A stretch of DNA of 64,000 bases from Cyanophyceae cyanobacterium (GCA_050331735.1 JBHJGN010000055.1:10748-74747); one strand, 5' to 3'; shown: positions 1-10,567, counted from the stretch's first letter. The notes: generated by a model not told the origin, from the letters alone. Program-made: numbers and translations.

Positions 1-681
1 CTGCTGCACGTTGGCTACCGATTCATCCAAAGCTATCGGAGTTGCAAAGTCAGCATGTAACTCCATCATGGTATCAAACTGGGATGGCGCTAGCGGCTGT
101 TCGACAAATTCTACACAATCGCTGCGGTCTAGCACTTGCAGCCACTGCTGCGCTTCTTTGAGGCTCAGTCCTCCGTTCGCGTCAAGGCGCAGCTTAGCCC
201 CGGCTGGGAGGGCATCCGCAAGCTGTTTAAACACGGCTAGTTCCTCGTCAATCTCCTGCACTCCCATCTTCCACTTAAAAGTTCGTCCTCCCTGTTTCCA
301 CGGAAACTGCCATGCGGCTAAGGCGGCTTTGCCAGTGGGAAGCAACCAACTGTAGGTGATGGATGAGAATCGCTGTTTCGGAGTCTCCGTTTGTGATACC
401 TCCTCCACTGCTGACTCAAATCCAAATTGGCAAGCTGGTAAGCTATTGGGAACTTGAACGTCTCTGATGTTACTCTCTAAGCGCTGGCAAAACTCCAACG
501 CCTCCGCTAAGGTTTCCGAACCGAACCAGGGAAGCGGAGCAATTTCTCCCCATCCGACCTGACCATTCTCATCGCTTAAGCGCAGAATAATCCCTTCTCT
601 CATTTCCCAAACGCCGTGACTGGTCTGCAACGGTTGCCGAAAACGACGCTGATAGGGGCGGAAGTGGCAGTGATAACCCAT
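1..681 (-). CDS. menC: o-succinylbenzoate synthase (5' part; runs off the window edge)
   Basis: Not in the ORF track. Manual translation from ATG at 681 gives MGYHCHFRPYQRRFRQPLQTSHGVWEMREGIILRLSDENGQVGWGEIAPLPWFGSET..., then FKWKMG and LRLDANGG enolase-superfamily motifs. Lies directly downstream of menA. Confidence 0.9.
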   Translation of the reverse strand, partial: MGYHCHFRPYQRRFRQPLQTSHGVWEMREGIILRLSDENGQVGWGEIAPLPWFGSETLAEALEFCQRLESNIRDVQVPNSLPACQFGFESAVEEVSQTETPKQRFSSITYSWLLPTGKAALAAWQFPWKQGGRTFKWKMGVQEIDEELAVFKQLADALPAGAKLRLDANGGLSLKEAQQWLQVLDRSDCVEFVEQPLAPSQFDTMMELHADFATPIALDESVANVQQ

Positions 682-739
682 TGATTAAGGGGAAAAGGGG
701 AAAGGGAAAAGGGGAGCGACCACTTCCTGCTTCAAAATT

Positions 740-1642
740 TTAGATGGTGGGTAAGATGAAGCCGAGAGCAAAAAGAAGGCCGCTCCAGAAATGGAGCTTA
801 ACGGCGATGAATTTGCAGTTGCTTACCTTCTCCGGTTTGTCGTGATTTTGCTGGACGTGACGCACTAATTGGTAGCCAATCGGGACACTAGCGAAGATGA
901 GTAAGGTTCCGAAAGGAGAAATGCCGAAGGTAACTAACAGGACTGTGACGGCAAAGATGCTGGCTGTGCAGAGGGTTAATACCTGAGAACCGGTGGCTGT
1001 TCCGAGGCGCACAATCGGCGATCGCTTCCCGGCGGCGAGATCGTCTTGTACCTGATGAAAGTGGGAACAGAAGAGAATGATGGAGGTGGTGATGCCGATG
1101 ACAACCGAAGCAGCAAGGGCAACCGGGGAAATGCTTTGGGTTTGGGAGTAGTACGCAGCGGCAACGGCCAAGGGACCGAAGCAAATGAAGCAGATAATCT
1201 CTCCGAGTCCTTGATAGCCCAAGCGGAAAGGCGGTCCTTGGTAGCTGTAGCCTAAAGCGCAACAGAGGGCGATTAACCCAAGAATTGTCCAATCTTGCTG
1301 CCACCAGCTAATCAGCAGAATTTCGAGGATGCCTGCGGCTAAACAGGCATTGGCAATCCAAAAAACGAGAGTTTTGTTTCCGGTTAGGTTGACGACGGAG
1401 TGAGCTTTATTAACGTCAATTCCTGTTTCTGAATCAAAAACATCGTTACTCAAATTCAGCCAAGCAATGATCAGGATTGCCGCACTCAAAAAGGTAATGA
1501 AGATCTGCGGCTGAAACAAATCGGTTTGAGCAAAGGCCACCGCTGTTCCTACCGTAATGGGAATCACTGCCACACTGTACATCGGCGGCTTAATAGCGGC
1601 TAGCCACAGTTTCCGGTCGGAATGAGTAATCACAGTCGTCAT
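740..1642 (-). CDS. menA: 1,4-dihydroxy-2-naphthoate phytyltransferase (UbiA family)
   Basis: LWLAAIKPPMYSVA N-terminus, NDVFDSETGID and DDLAAGKRSPIVRLG motifs, multiple TM helices, men gene context. Confidence 0.93.
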   Translation of the reverse strand: MTTVITHSDRKLWLAAIKPPMYSVAVIPITVGTAVAFAQTDLFQPQIFITFLSAAILIIAWLNLSNDVFDSETGIDVNKAHSVVNLTGNKTLVFWIANACLAAGILEILLISWWQQDWTILGLIALCCALGYSYQGPPFRLGYQGLGEIICFICFGPLAVAAAYYSQTQSISPVALAASVVIGITTSIILFCSHFHQVQDDLAAGKRSPIVRLGTATGSQVLTLCTASIFAVTVLLVTFGISPFGTLLIFASVPIGYQLVRHVQQNHDKPEKVSNCKFIAVKLHFWSGLLFALGFILPTI

Positions 1643-1781
1643 AGCACTACCTTAGATGAGGATTCCCACTACTGTTTGCAAAACTACAGGTTCATTTATT
1701 ATTTCATTCCCTCTATCCCGGGAGAGGTTAAGAAAAATTTCTTTCGGTTAATAGCTGTTAGCTAGCTTTCAGCATAATTAA

Positions 1782-1878
1782 TCCCCTTTCCCCTGTCTTG
1801 GTGCGCGTTCCCTTGCGTCTTTCGCCGACGCGGGGTCGCACCGCTTCCCCGTTCCGCAGGAACTTTCCCCTTTCCCCC
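1782..1878 (-). repeat. Composite dispersed repeat, copy 1 (mini-hairpin plus ~60-bp core in a GGGGAAA tract)
   Basis: Reverse complement matches 36455-36549 and 40069-40180 almost exactly: GGGGAAGCGGTGCGACCCCGCGTCGGCG(A/C)AAGACGCAAGGGAACGCGCACCAAGACAGGGG. Confidence 0.9.
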
Positions 1879-1881
1879 ATA

Positions 1882-3207
1882 CTAATAATGCTTCCTCACC
1901 ACTAGCAATTGCGGACCTCCCGATGGCACAATCGTTATTCCCCGACGAATGGGGCGGACGGATTGTTCGCACAAGGCTAGCTGATATTGAGAAAGAATGG
2001 TCGCCAGCACTAGCTTCATCTCAAACAGCGATAATGCCTGACCGATACAGCTTCGGTAGCCGCCGCCGAAGGGAAGATATTCGTAGGGAGAAAAATTGCC
2101 TTCTAAGAAGCGTTCTGGCTCGAATTTGTGCGGTTCTGGATAGACTTCGGAACGGTGATGAGATAGATAAATACAGGGAATGAGGACGGTTCCGGGAGTA
2201 AACTGATAGTCTTCAAGCTGAAGGGGATTTTTTAGGAGACGCGGTTGAGAGATCAGGGCAATTGGATAAATTCTCAGGGTTTCAGCGCAGACGGCGTTGA
2301 GATAGGGCAGCTTTGTTGCCGCCATTGGTTCTGAAAGGCTATTGAGTTCCTGCCAGAGGCGTTTCTGCACCAAGTCATGCTTATGAATCCAGTACATCGC
2401 CCAACAGAGAGCAGAAGCGGTGGTTTCGTGTCCTAGCAGAAGCAAAGTTATGAGCTGATCTCGTAGCTGTGCGGTTGTTAGCGGCTGATTTTGTTCGTCA
2501 CGGGCAGCGATGAGCAGCGAGAGGATATCTTCGCCCGTGGCTTCTCGGCGGGATGCTATTTCTTCGTAGAGCAATCGATCGATTTGCTGCTGCTGGCCGA
2601 TAAACCGACCCCAGGGACTCCACTGGCCGCAATTTTGTTGGAGTTGGGGCAGAAAAAACTGGAGGGAGTGTAGCGGCGTACAAACGTACTCCAAAAACGC
2701 TTTCAGGAGTTGCTTAAGCTGGCTGTAGCGCGGTCCTGGCTGCAAGCCAAACACCACCCGCAGAATGACCTCAATGGAAATCTCGGACATTAATTTCCGC
2801 ATACACACAGTGCTGCCTACGGGCCAAGAGGCGATCGCCGCTTGCGTAATTTCCACGATCAGTTGGCTATAGGTATGTAGCCGTTGGCCGTGGAGAGGAG
2901 GCATGACTAGATGACGCATCTTGCGGTGCTGCTGCCCATCTAGCAAGATTAGAGACTGCGGTCCAGTAAGGGGTCGAAAAACGTAGGTCAGCTTGCCCCA
3001 CTCAAAGTTTTCCGGGTCGGCGCTCAGGATTTGGTTGATTGTCTGCGGGTGGCTAAAGCAGACAACCGGGGCAGATGTTCCCAGAAGATTTAAGGTAAAC
3101 GTATTGCCGTAACGTTCTGCACAAGTTTCTAGAAATTTGATAGGCTGAGCAATGACGGAAAAAGTCTGTAGGGCAGCGGGATCCTTTGGACCAGCAGGAA
3201 TCTTCAT
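1882..3207 (-). CDS. Cytochrome P450 (CYP110-like)
   Basis: I-helix LGHETTA, ExxR (ETLR), EPERF, heme-binding FGGGYRSCIG. Confidence 0.95.
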   Translation of the reverse strand: MKIPAGPKDPAALQTFSVIAQPIKFLETCAERYGNTFTLNLLGTSAPVVCFSHPQTINQILSADPENFEWGKLTYVFRPLTGPQSLILLDGQQHRKMRHLVMPPLHGQRLHTYSQLIVEITQAAIASWPVGSTVCMRKLMSEISIEVILRVVFGLQPGPRYSQLKQLLKAFLEYVCTPLHSLQFFLPQLQQNCGQWSPWGRFIGQQQQIDRLLYEEIASRREATGEDILSLLIAARDEQNQPLTTAQLRDQLITLLLLGHETTASALCWAMYWIHKHDLVQKRLWQELNSLSEPMAATKLPYLNAVCAETLRIYPIALISQPRLLKNPLQLEDYQFTPGTVLIPCIYLSHHRSEVYPEPHKFEPERFLEGNFSPYEYLPFGGGYRSCIGQALSLFEMKLVLATILSQYQLALCEQSVRPIRRGITIVPSGGPQLLVVRKHY

Positions 3208-3503
3208 CAGGAAGGTGTCGATGTATAATCAATTGAGTCTACGGACTATCTTTAATTGTTAATGATTGTTGTTAGCTCAACAGCAAGTATTAACGCTTTT
3301 TAATCTTAAATATTACAACTTACATCAATTGTTGATACAAGATCTATCTGGTAGCGGGTGGAACTCCTTCAGCTATTCACTGTTAACAACAAAATAATCA
3401 ATGTTATTCTAATGAATAAAGAACCATCATTTAGCAACTGCACTTTATATCAGCTTTAGCAAACGATTAGCGATGTTTGCCAATGATAAAAACCGGATAT
3501 CCT

Positions 3504-4898
3504 ATGCTAGCCACCCCGCTTGTTGCCTCTCCTGCGGAAAATTTACATCAATTACTTCTTAATTGCCAAGAGAAATTTTTGGCAAAAGATCGTGCTAAAA
3601 TTATTAGCTTTTCTCAAGAGATTGAGCCAGTCGATCCGCTGGCAGTTTTAAAAGCAGTCGAAGACGAACAACATTTTTACTGGGAAGCTCCAAGTCAAGA
3701 AGAAGCAATTATTGGCTATGGAACGACAAAAGAAATCACGATTGCCGGAAGTGAGCGGTTTGTTAAGGCACGCTCCTTTATCCAGGAATGCCTGAAGCAA
3801 ACAATTAGAATTGGAGACTTTAATTTGCTAGGTGCGGGGCCACGGTTCTTCTGTAGCTTCACGTTTGCCCCTCACAGTAATGCTCCTTTTCCGGCTGCGA
3901 CAGTTTTTTTACCGCGTTTTCAGGTAATCCGCGCCAAGCAGCGCTGCATTTTGGTGGCCAATGTGGCCATCGATCGAGGGAATATTAAATCTGTACTAGA
4001 GCAGATTAGAAAGGAAATTCAGACGGTTAATTTGTCGAAATGTCAATCATTTGCAGCTAAATTTAACGTTAACCGACAAACAAGAATTGTCGAAAAGACT
4101 CAGGCGGCGACGCATTTTAAAACAGCCGTTACTGGGGTACTAAAATCGATTCAGAAAGAAGAGTTTAGTAAAGCAGTGCTTGCTCGCGCTATCGACGTTG
4201 TTGCCAGTCAACGGTTCGATATTGCTGACTCACTAAATAATCTTCGTCGCCGCCATCCCGATTGCTATATTTTCTCGACTAGTAACGGCAGAGGACAAGC
4301 GTTTATTGGTGCTAGTCCCGAACGGTTGATTAGCATTTGCGATCGCCAACTGGTTACCGATGCCTTGGCGGGGTCTGCGCCTAGAGGCAAAACCGCTGCC
4401 GAAGACGTGCGGTTTGCCAAGGCCCTGCTTAACTCCAAGAAAGAGCAACGCGAACATCAGGCCGTAACGCAGTTCATTGTGCAACAATTGCAGCAACTCG
4501 GTTTGCATCCGCAGCGATCGCCTCGGCAACTGCTTCAGCTATCCAACATTCAGCACCTCTGGACTCCGATCCAGGCTCGCCTCCCCGACGATCTTAACCC
4601 CCTCGACATTGTGGCTAAGCTGCATCCGACACCAGCCGTGGCGGGAGTGCCCACGCCGATTGCCTGCGAACAGATCCGCCGCTACGAAGACTTCGATCGG
4701 GGGCTGTATGCGGCTCCCTTGGGCTGGATTGACTATCAGGGCAACAGTCACTTTTTGGTGGGGATTCGCTCTGCCCTCATTGAAGGCGATCGCGCTCGCC
4801 TATACGCGGGGGCGGGAATTGTGGCGGGGTCCGATCCAGAACGGGAATACGCCGAAGTGCAGCTTAAGCTGCAATCGTTGCTGAAGGCGTTAGTTTAG
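3504..4898 (+). CDS. menF: Isochorismate synthase
   Basis: Chorismate-binding motifs FIGASPERL, ALAGSAPRG, LHPTPAVAG, YAGAGIVAGS. Start uncertain (3477, 3483 or 3504). Confidence 0.92.
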   Translation: MLATPLVASPAENLHQLLLNCQEKFLAKDRAKIISFSQEIEPVDPLAVLKAVEDEQHFYWEAPSQEEAIIGYGTTKEITIAGSERFVKARSFIQECLKQTIRIGDFNLLGAGPRFFCSFTFAPHSNAPFPAATVFLPRFQVIRAKQRCILVANVAIDRGNIKSVLEQIRKEIQTVNLSKCQSFAAKFNVNRQTRIVEKTQAATHFKTAVTGVLKSIQKEEFSKAVLARAIDVVASQRFDIADSLNNLRRRHPDCYIFSTSNGRGQAFIGASPERLISICDRQLVTDALAGSAPRGKTAAEDVRFAKALLNSKKEQREHQAVTQFIVQQLQQLGLHPQRSPRQLLQLSNIQHLWTPIQARLPDDLNPLDIVAKLHPTPAVAGVPTPIACEQIRRYEDFDRGLYAAPLGWIDYQGNSHFLVGIRSALIEGDRARLYAGAGIVAGSDPEREYAEVQLKLQSLLKALV

Positions 4899-5176
4899 TG
4901 TTGATTGTTAATGGTTGATTGCTGATTGTTGGACTACTAGGCTGTTTGTGTGCTTTTGTCTGTTGCTGATTTGGCAATGCTAAATTAATTGTTTCTGATC
5001 TCTTTGACCATTGCGGTAATTTCTGCCATCGTTGGTTTATGAGCATCAGTACCTAACTCGTCGGTTTCATCTTGCTGAGCATCTGAAAGCACAAGATTTC
5101 CCTTTACCCTTTTCCCCTTGCCCTTTTCCCCACTCAACCATCTGTAGCTTTACTTATTTATGAGGTAAAATGCAGT

Positions 5177-6946
5177 ATGCTTGATTTTCGCAACGTGAAT
5201 ACGCTGTGGGCTTCTGTCGTGGCAGAAACGCTTCAGCGTCTCGGACTGACGAGCGCCGTAGTTTGTCCCGGTTCTCGCTCTACGCCTCTCGCCGTCGCCT
5301 TGGCCCAACACCCGGAAATTGAAGCCATTGCGATTCTTGACGAACGCTCCGCCGCTTTTTTTGCCTTGGGAATTGCGAAAAGAGCTGAGATTCCTCCTGT
5401 CTTAGTCTGTACCTCTGGAACGGCAGGAGCTAATTTTTATCCAGCGGTGATTGAAGCGAAAGAAAGCAACGTTCCTCTACTAATTTTAACCGCTGATCGC
5501 CCCTCGGAACTGCGCCACTGCCACGCCGGACAAACCATCGACCAGCTTAAGCTCTACGGCACGTACCCCAACTGGCAAACCGAACTGGCGACCCCAGCCG
5601 CCGACCTAGCGATGCTGCGCTACCTACGGCAAACCCTGGTGCAGGCGTGGGAGCGATCGCTCTACCCCTTGTCTGGTCCCGTTCATCTCAACCTCCCCTT
5701 CCGCGATCCCCTTGCCCCAGTCCCAGATCAGTCGCAGCTTACCTCTCTTCCAAAAAATTTCTTTTCCTTCCTCACTCCTAGCCCTTTCCCCCTTCCCCCT
5801 TCCCCTTTCCCCTCTATTAGAGGTCGAGGCATCATCATCGCAGGCGTTGCCCATTCTCATCGTCCGCAAGAATACTGTGGCGCGATCGCGCGTTTATCAA
5901 CTCAGCTTCACTATCCGGTACTTGCTGAAGCCCTGTCTCCGGTCAGGAACTGGGCAGATCTGAATCCTTATTTGGTTTCTACCTACGACCTGATTCTGCG
6001 CAATCCTCAGCTTGCCCACAAGCTAGCGCCGGAGGTGGTGATTCAAGTGGGAGAACTACCCACTAGTAAAGACCTCCGGGCTTGGCTCGGTCGTCATCAG
6101 CCGCAGCGCTGGATTATTGACCCTAGACCCGATAACTTCGATCCGCTTCACGGGAGGTCGATCCATCTGCGAACGTCTGTAGAACAGGTAACGGTCAGCG
6201 CAGGAAACGACAGTGACGATCTAGACTATCTAAAAGCGTGGTGTGTAGCTGAAAAGAGAGCAAGGCAGATCCTCGATGAGGCGATGAAGACGGCATCGTT
6301 TGAAGGCAAAGTGGCCTGGTTGCTTTCTCAGCATTTACCGACGGATACTCCTCTATTTATTGCCAACAGTATGTCGGTGCGACACGCCGAGTTTTTCTGG
6401 CAGCCGGGAAATCGAGGAATCATCCCCTATTTCAATCGAGGCGCGAACGGCATTGACGGGACGCTATCAACGGCTTTAGGGATTGCTCATGGTCAGCAAA
6501 GCGTAATGCTGACGGGGGATCTGGCTCTCCTGCACGATACTAATGGCTTCCTGATGCGGGATAGGTTTAAGGGACATTTAACGATTGTGCTGATTAACAA
6601 TAACGGAGGCGGAATCTTTGAGATGCTGCCGATTTCTCAATTTGAGCCGCCGTTTGAAGAGTACTTTGCTACGCCACAGCAAATTGATTTTGGTCGTTTG
6701 TGTGCGACTTACGGGGTTGAACATCAGCGCATTGAAAGTTGGGAGCAGTTGCAGCAGTTATTAAACCCGTTACCAGCGACGGGAATTCGGGTTTTAGAAG
6801 TTTTCACTGATAGAAAAGCCGATGCAGGATGGTTGCAACACAATTTGAAACGGTTGGCAGAGGCGATAGGCGAAGACGGTGCTGATAAAACCTTGCAGAA
6901 GGAAGGGGATGAAATCAACAAGGTTAAAAGCTTAGTTAAGGGGTAA
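5177..6946 (+). CDS. menD: SEPHCHC synthase (ThDP-dependent)
   Basis: [44 protein letters not shown] and NNNGGGIF motifs. Confidence 0.96.
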   Translation: MLDFRNVNTLWASVVAETLQRLGLTSAVVCPGSRSTPLAVALAQHPEIEAIAILDERSAAFFALGIAKRAEIPPVLVCTSGTAGANFYPAVIEAKESNVPLLILTADRPSELRHCHAGQTIDQLKLYGTYPNWQTELATPAADLAMLRYLRQTLVQAWERSLYPLSGPVHLNLPFRDPLAPVPDQSQLTSLPKNFFSFLTPSPFPLPPSPFPSIRGRGIIIAGVAHSHRPQEYCGAIARLSTQLHYPVLAEALSPVRNWADLNPYLVSTYDLILRNPQLAHKLAPEVVIQVGELPTSKDLRAWLGRHQPQRWIIDPRPDNFDPLHGRSIHLRTSVEQVTVSAGNDSDDLDYLKAWCVAEKRARQILDEAMKTASFEGKVAWLLSQHLPTDTPLFIANSMSVRHAEFFWQPGNRGIIPYFNRGANGIDGTLSTALGIAHGQQSVMLTGDLALLHDTNGFLMRDRFKGHLTIVLINNNGGGIFEMLPISQFEPPFEEYFATPQQIDFGRLCATYGVEHQRIESWEQLQQLLNPLPATGIRVLEVFTDRKADAGWLQHNLKRLAEAIGEDGADKTLQKEGDEINKVKSLVKG

Positions 6947-6966
6947 GTTCTTCTCTATGTTTATAT

Positions 6967-9150
6967 TTAAGGATTGCCTGGAACGGTAAGCCCTTGCTGA
7001 CGCATCATTTCGCGGGCATCTTGTCCAGGGACGTAGTTGAAGCCCAAGTTAGAATCTTCGTCCACAATTTGGGGAGTGAGCAGAACAATAACTTCTCTAC
7101 GCTCATTGTTTTTATTTGTGCTTCTAAACAAGGAACCAAGAAGGGGGATGTCTCCTAGAATTGGTACTTTACTGACGGTTGTGCGATCGGATTCTTGAAT
7201 AATTCCTGACACAATTAAAGTTTCTCCATCTCGAAGACGCAACAATCCAGAGCTGAGTTCGCGTCGATTTAGAAGATTAAGTATGTTTTCAGCTCCGCCA
7301 CCGCTATCAAATACTTGCTGTTCACCAATAGCGCTGACAACAGGACTAACAGAAAGACTAACAAATCCATTATCATCGATTCTCTCAATGTTGACTGTTA
7401 GCACTAAACCTGCTTCTGCAATGACTGGAGTAATTGTTCTAACACCACTTTCTGCATCGATATCGGTTTCGACGCTCTCAACTACATTTTGAACCAACCT
7501 CACAGAGGCTTCCTGCCCTTCCTGAACTACCAAAGTTGGATCGGTCAAAATCTTAGCGTTACCGCTCACAATTTGAGATTCTAACTGTGCAAGGAATTTA
7601 CGAGGATATTGGAAGAAGCCAGGTAATCCTGCTGTTGCTGTTCCTATCGTTCCCTGGCTGACAGATGCATTCCCCTCTTCGTCAATCGTAATGATATTAT
7701 CTTCAGCCAATTCAAAATCTGTAAAACTAGCATCAAAAGGATCGCCGGAAACTCCAGCTCTTCTGTTGAAAAATTCTAAAGCTCCTCTGCCTTCAGTTCG
7801 TCGAAAAGGAGACTGCCCAGGACGACCATCTATAATTACTGTACCTGGACTCGTTCCTGGAATTGCTGTTGTACTCTCTAAGTCTAGGAATGTATCGGCT
7901 CCAGCAAAGGGATTAGGAACAGCAGGAGGATTAGTTGTACGACCTGTTGCACTATTAAAGTCTGCACTTGTTGGAGGACTAACTTCTCCAAACCTTAGAG
8001 AGGCTGAACCATTGTCTTGAACAAAGAAAGAGTCATTTACTCCAAAGGAAAAACTAGCGTTGAAATTTTCATCGTTTAGCAGATTAACGTCAATCACTTT
8101 GACATTGATCGCAACCTGACGACGACGAGCATCAAGCTGAGTTAAAAAAGAGGTAGCGATTTGTACTTTGCTTGGTTCCCCTACTAGAGTAATGGAGTTG
8201 AGGCGATCGTCCGTGGATACTTTTAATCCATTGAGCAGTAGAGGAGCAAATGAACCTTCTGCCTGCGATATTGCTAAAGCCTGCAACTCTGGGGGTTGCT
8301 CTTCTCTACGAACGACTCTTTGAGTTTCAGGGTCAATAACTTCTTCAATCGGGGTGATAATCTGCTGAACTTCTGCGCCTTGAGTAGCCAGAAAAGTAGC
8401 AGCAGCATTTGCCTGAACTTGATTAAGGCGCAAAGTACGGCTAACCAAATTACGAGCAGCATCGGGTAAGCGAGGACTAACAAAAATTGTGTTCCCTCTC
8501 CGATTAGCCTGTAATCCAGAAAGCATTAACACAGAATTGAAAACATCCTGTACTGGCTCATTTTCCAAATCTAGAGAAATTGTTTGACCTATTGGGGCTG
8601 CTGGCGCTTCTTCGCCCTCTGGAGCCTCAGCTCCTTGCCCGCTTTGTCCCCCAGCATAAATCACGTTCAACCCAACTTGCCTTGCCAGCAACTCCAGCAC
8701 TTCTCTCACCGGAGCATCGGTGACGACCAAACGATTGACTACTGAATCTGTCTCCAAGTCAATCATGTCGGGAGTGGTATTAATATTGGAGACAGCAATA
8801 TCGCCCACCGGAGGCGCTACGGCTCTCGGCAACAGAGGTGGTGTGGGGGCAACCGGAGTAGCCGGAGTAAACGGCACTGAATTCCCATCGATGACAATTT
8901 CAGGATTGGGAACCAACACCTCTGGCTCCCCTTGCGGTTCCGAGTCTGAGCGCTGTGCTTGTTCGTCCGGCTTACCAGACTCACTATCTTCTGATTGCTT
9001 AACATCCATCGCAACAAGGGATGAATGCTCGCTCAGCTCAACCTGCACCGCCGAACTTGTCTTCTCATCTGCCAACGGAGTTGCCTGTAGCGGCTGTGCA
9101 GCAACAACTACCGCCGTCCCCAATAATATGCCTATCCAACTACTCGCCAT
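6967..9150 (-). CDS. pilQ: Type IV pilus / type II secretion secretin (PilQ-like)
   Basis: Signal peptide, LPRAVAPPVGDIAVSNI motif of cyanobacterial PilQ, N3 domain, C-terminal secretin motifs (KVPILGDIPLLGSLFR, REVIVLLTPQIV). Confidence 0.8.
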   Translation of the reverse strand: MASSWIGILLGTAVVVAAQPLQATPLADEKTSSAVQVELSEHSSLVAMDVKQSEDSESGKPDEQAQRSDSEPQGEPEVLVPNPEIVIDGNSVPFTPATPVAPTPPLLPRAVAPPVGDIAVSNINTTPDMIDLETDSVVNRLVVTDAPVREVLELLARQVGLNVIYAGGQSGQGAEAPEGEEAPAAPIGQTISLDLENEPVQDVFNSVLMLSGLQANRRGNTIFVSPRLPDAARNLVSRTLRLNQVQANAAATFLATQGAEVQQIITPIEEVIDPETQRVVRREEQPPELQALAISQAEGSFAPLLLNGLKVSTDDRLNSITLVGEPSKVQIATSFLTQLDARRRQVAINVKVIDVNLLNDENFNASFSFGVNDSFFVQDNGSASLRFGEVSPPTSADFNSATGRTTNPPAVPNPFAGADTFLDLESTTAIPGTSPGTVIIDGRPGQSPFRRTEGRGALEFFNRRAGVSGDPFDASFTDFELAEDNIITIDEEGNASVSQGTIGTATAGLPGFFQYPRKFLAQLESQIVSGNAKILTDPTLVVQEGQEASVRLVQNVVESVETDIDAESGVRTITPVIAEAGLVLTVNIERIDDNGFVSLSVSPVVSAIGEQQVFDSGGGAENILNLLNRRELSSGLLRLRDGETLIVSGIIQESDRTTVSKVPILGDIPLLGSLFRSTNKNNERREVIVLLTPQIVDEDSNLGFNYVPGQDAREMMRQQGLTVPGNP

Positions 9151-9224
9151 TGTCTTCTCATCCTGGGTTGCAGATATAACATGCCCAGTTCACAAAGAAA
9201 GTTATCAACGGCTAGGAATTTCGG

Positions 9225-9456
9225 GGGAAGGGGAAGGGGATAGCGCCATAGGCGCGGGGAAAGGGTAAAGGGTAAAGGGGGTTACTCAGCCTATTCCTTG
9301 GTTCTGTGTTCTTTTCCTGTCCCGTTCTCGTCAGAGTCTCCGAAGGAGAAGGGACAAATTTCCCTTTCCCCCTTCCCCGTTCCGCAGGAACTATTTACCC
9401 TTTCCCCGTTCCGAAGGAACTATTTCCCCCTTCTCCGTCCCGCAGGGACAATGTTC
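9225..9456. repeat. Heptamer tract with an array of mini-hairpin repeats
   Basis: GCGCC-ATA-GGCGC at 9243-9255; GTTCC/GTCCC-NNN-GGAAC/GGGAC units at 9379, 9408 and 9437 (29-bp period) in CCCCTTT tracts. Confidence 0.85.
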
Positions 9457-9457
9457 C

Positions 9458-10051
9458 CTACTCCTCAATTCTCTCAACACAAAGAGCATCCGCTTCCTGT
9501 TGACGCAGACTTAAATTAGTTCCCTGGACTTCAATTTCAACTGATTTACTCCATAAGGCATGGCGAATCACTGTCAATATTGTTCCTGGCTTTAGTCCCA
9601 TCGTCAGTAGCTTTCCGGTATAGCCCAGAAAAGCACGTTCGTAACCAACAATACAGGCTCTCGCTCCTACTGGCAGCTCTCGCAAATGAGTACTCATATT
9701 CGTGGCGCGATGCTGCTCGCTAAAACTCGGATTATTTGTTACTAGAATTTGGCGAGCCGTCATCGCCCCAAACCCCAAACAATACCCCTGACAAGAAACA
9801 ATCACTGAACCACCCGCCGTACAGCTAATGACCTCTAGTTCTGCTCCGGTAACAACGCCCAGAGAAAGCATACTGATGTCTGTACTCCTGATTGCGGTAA
9901 TCCAAACGCGATCGCCCGGTTTTGCTTGAGAGAGGGGCATTTCCTGTGGGTTCCCTGAAGCGCTCATGGCCTCGATGCCAGTTCCCCCCACAAAAGTGAA
10001 TTGCCATTGCTGACTGCGATACCCGTAATGACCGTGACCATTCTTCATCAT
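9458..10051 (-). CDS. feoA: FeoA family protein (two tandem FeoA domains)
   Basis: Two SH3-like FeoA repeats (LSQAKPGDRVWI...LGVVTGAELEV; LRELPVGARACI...LLTMGLKPGT...LSLRQQEA). Start could be further downstream. Confidence 0.85.
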   Translation of the reverse strand: MMKNGHGHYGYRSQQWQFTFVGGTGIEAMSASGNPQEMPLSQAKPGDRVWITAIRSTDISMLSLGVVTGAELEVISCTAGGSVIVSCQGYCLGFGAMTARQILVTNNPSFSEQHRATNMSTHLRELPVGARACIVGYERAFLGYTGKLLTMGLKPGTILTVIRHALWSKSVEIEVQGTNLSLRQQEADALCVERIEE

Positions 10052-10235
10052 TACACCTGGGCAACACTAACAGGGACAGCCTGAGCGCCATACGGAGGAC
10101 TCGCCTGCCGCGCTCGCTGAGCCTGCATTGAGGCGTTTTCTACCCCCAAAGTGAAACCAAAAATCATAGTCATTGCCCTCAGCTCTCATCGGTATCTGCA
10201 AGTCTTTTTAAGCAAGATACTATTTTTAGCCGCTC

Positions 10236-10256
10236 TATTGCAAGTCCTTTTCAATA
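10236..10256. promoter_or_regulatory. Putative Fur box upstream of feoA
   Basis: Imperfect palindrome TATTGCAAGTCCTTTTCAATA resembling the cyanobacterial ATTGAGAAT-N-ATTCTCAAT Fur consensus, upstream of an iron-uptake gene. Confidence 0.45.
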
Positions 10257-10567
10257 AAAACATGAGAATGCCTTTACAGAGCAACGCTGGTAAATCAATT
10301 CTCGGCTACGGGAACCAAGCTCGTCTTCATGGTCTACAAATCATACCAATTAGAAAAAGTAAGAGACTTGATGAGTTGGGGGAAAGGGAAGCACAGCAGC
10401 TCTTTGTCCTTGAACCTCCAATTGTTGGTTAGTTTGGGAACTATCTGACTACTTTCGGTAAATGGTATCAGTAAAGATTTAAGATGCTAATAATGTTTAA
10501 AAATGCCGTACTCGGACATTGGATTGGCTACCCGTGCTAAGGTTTATGCAGGTAGTAAATTAACTAT

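Noticed and set aside
11..355. Plus-strand 114-aa ORF
   Set aside because: Antisense shadow of menC; the many other short ORFs nested in long genes were rejected for the same reason
1778..1972. Short ORFs made of repeat DNA (also 9298-9519, 9306-9503, 27501-27692, 40011-40248, 56195-56571)
   Set aside because: They are translations of heptamer and mini-hairpin tracts with no independent coding evidence
9379..9449. Possible CRISPR array (palindromic units at regular spacing)
   Set aside because: The 29-bp period leaves no unique spacers, the linkers are heptamer tracts, the same units are scattered across the window, and there are no cas genes
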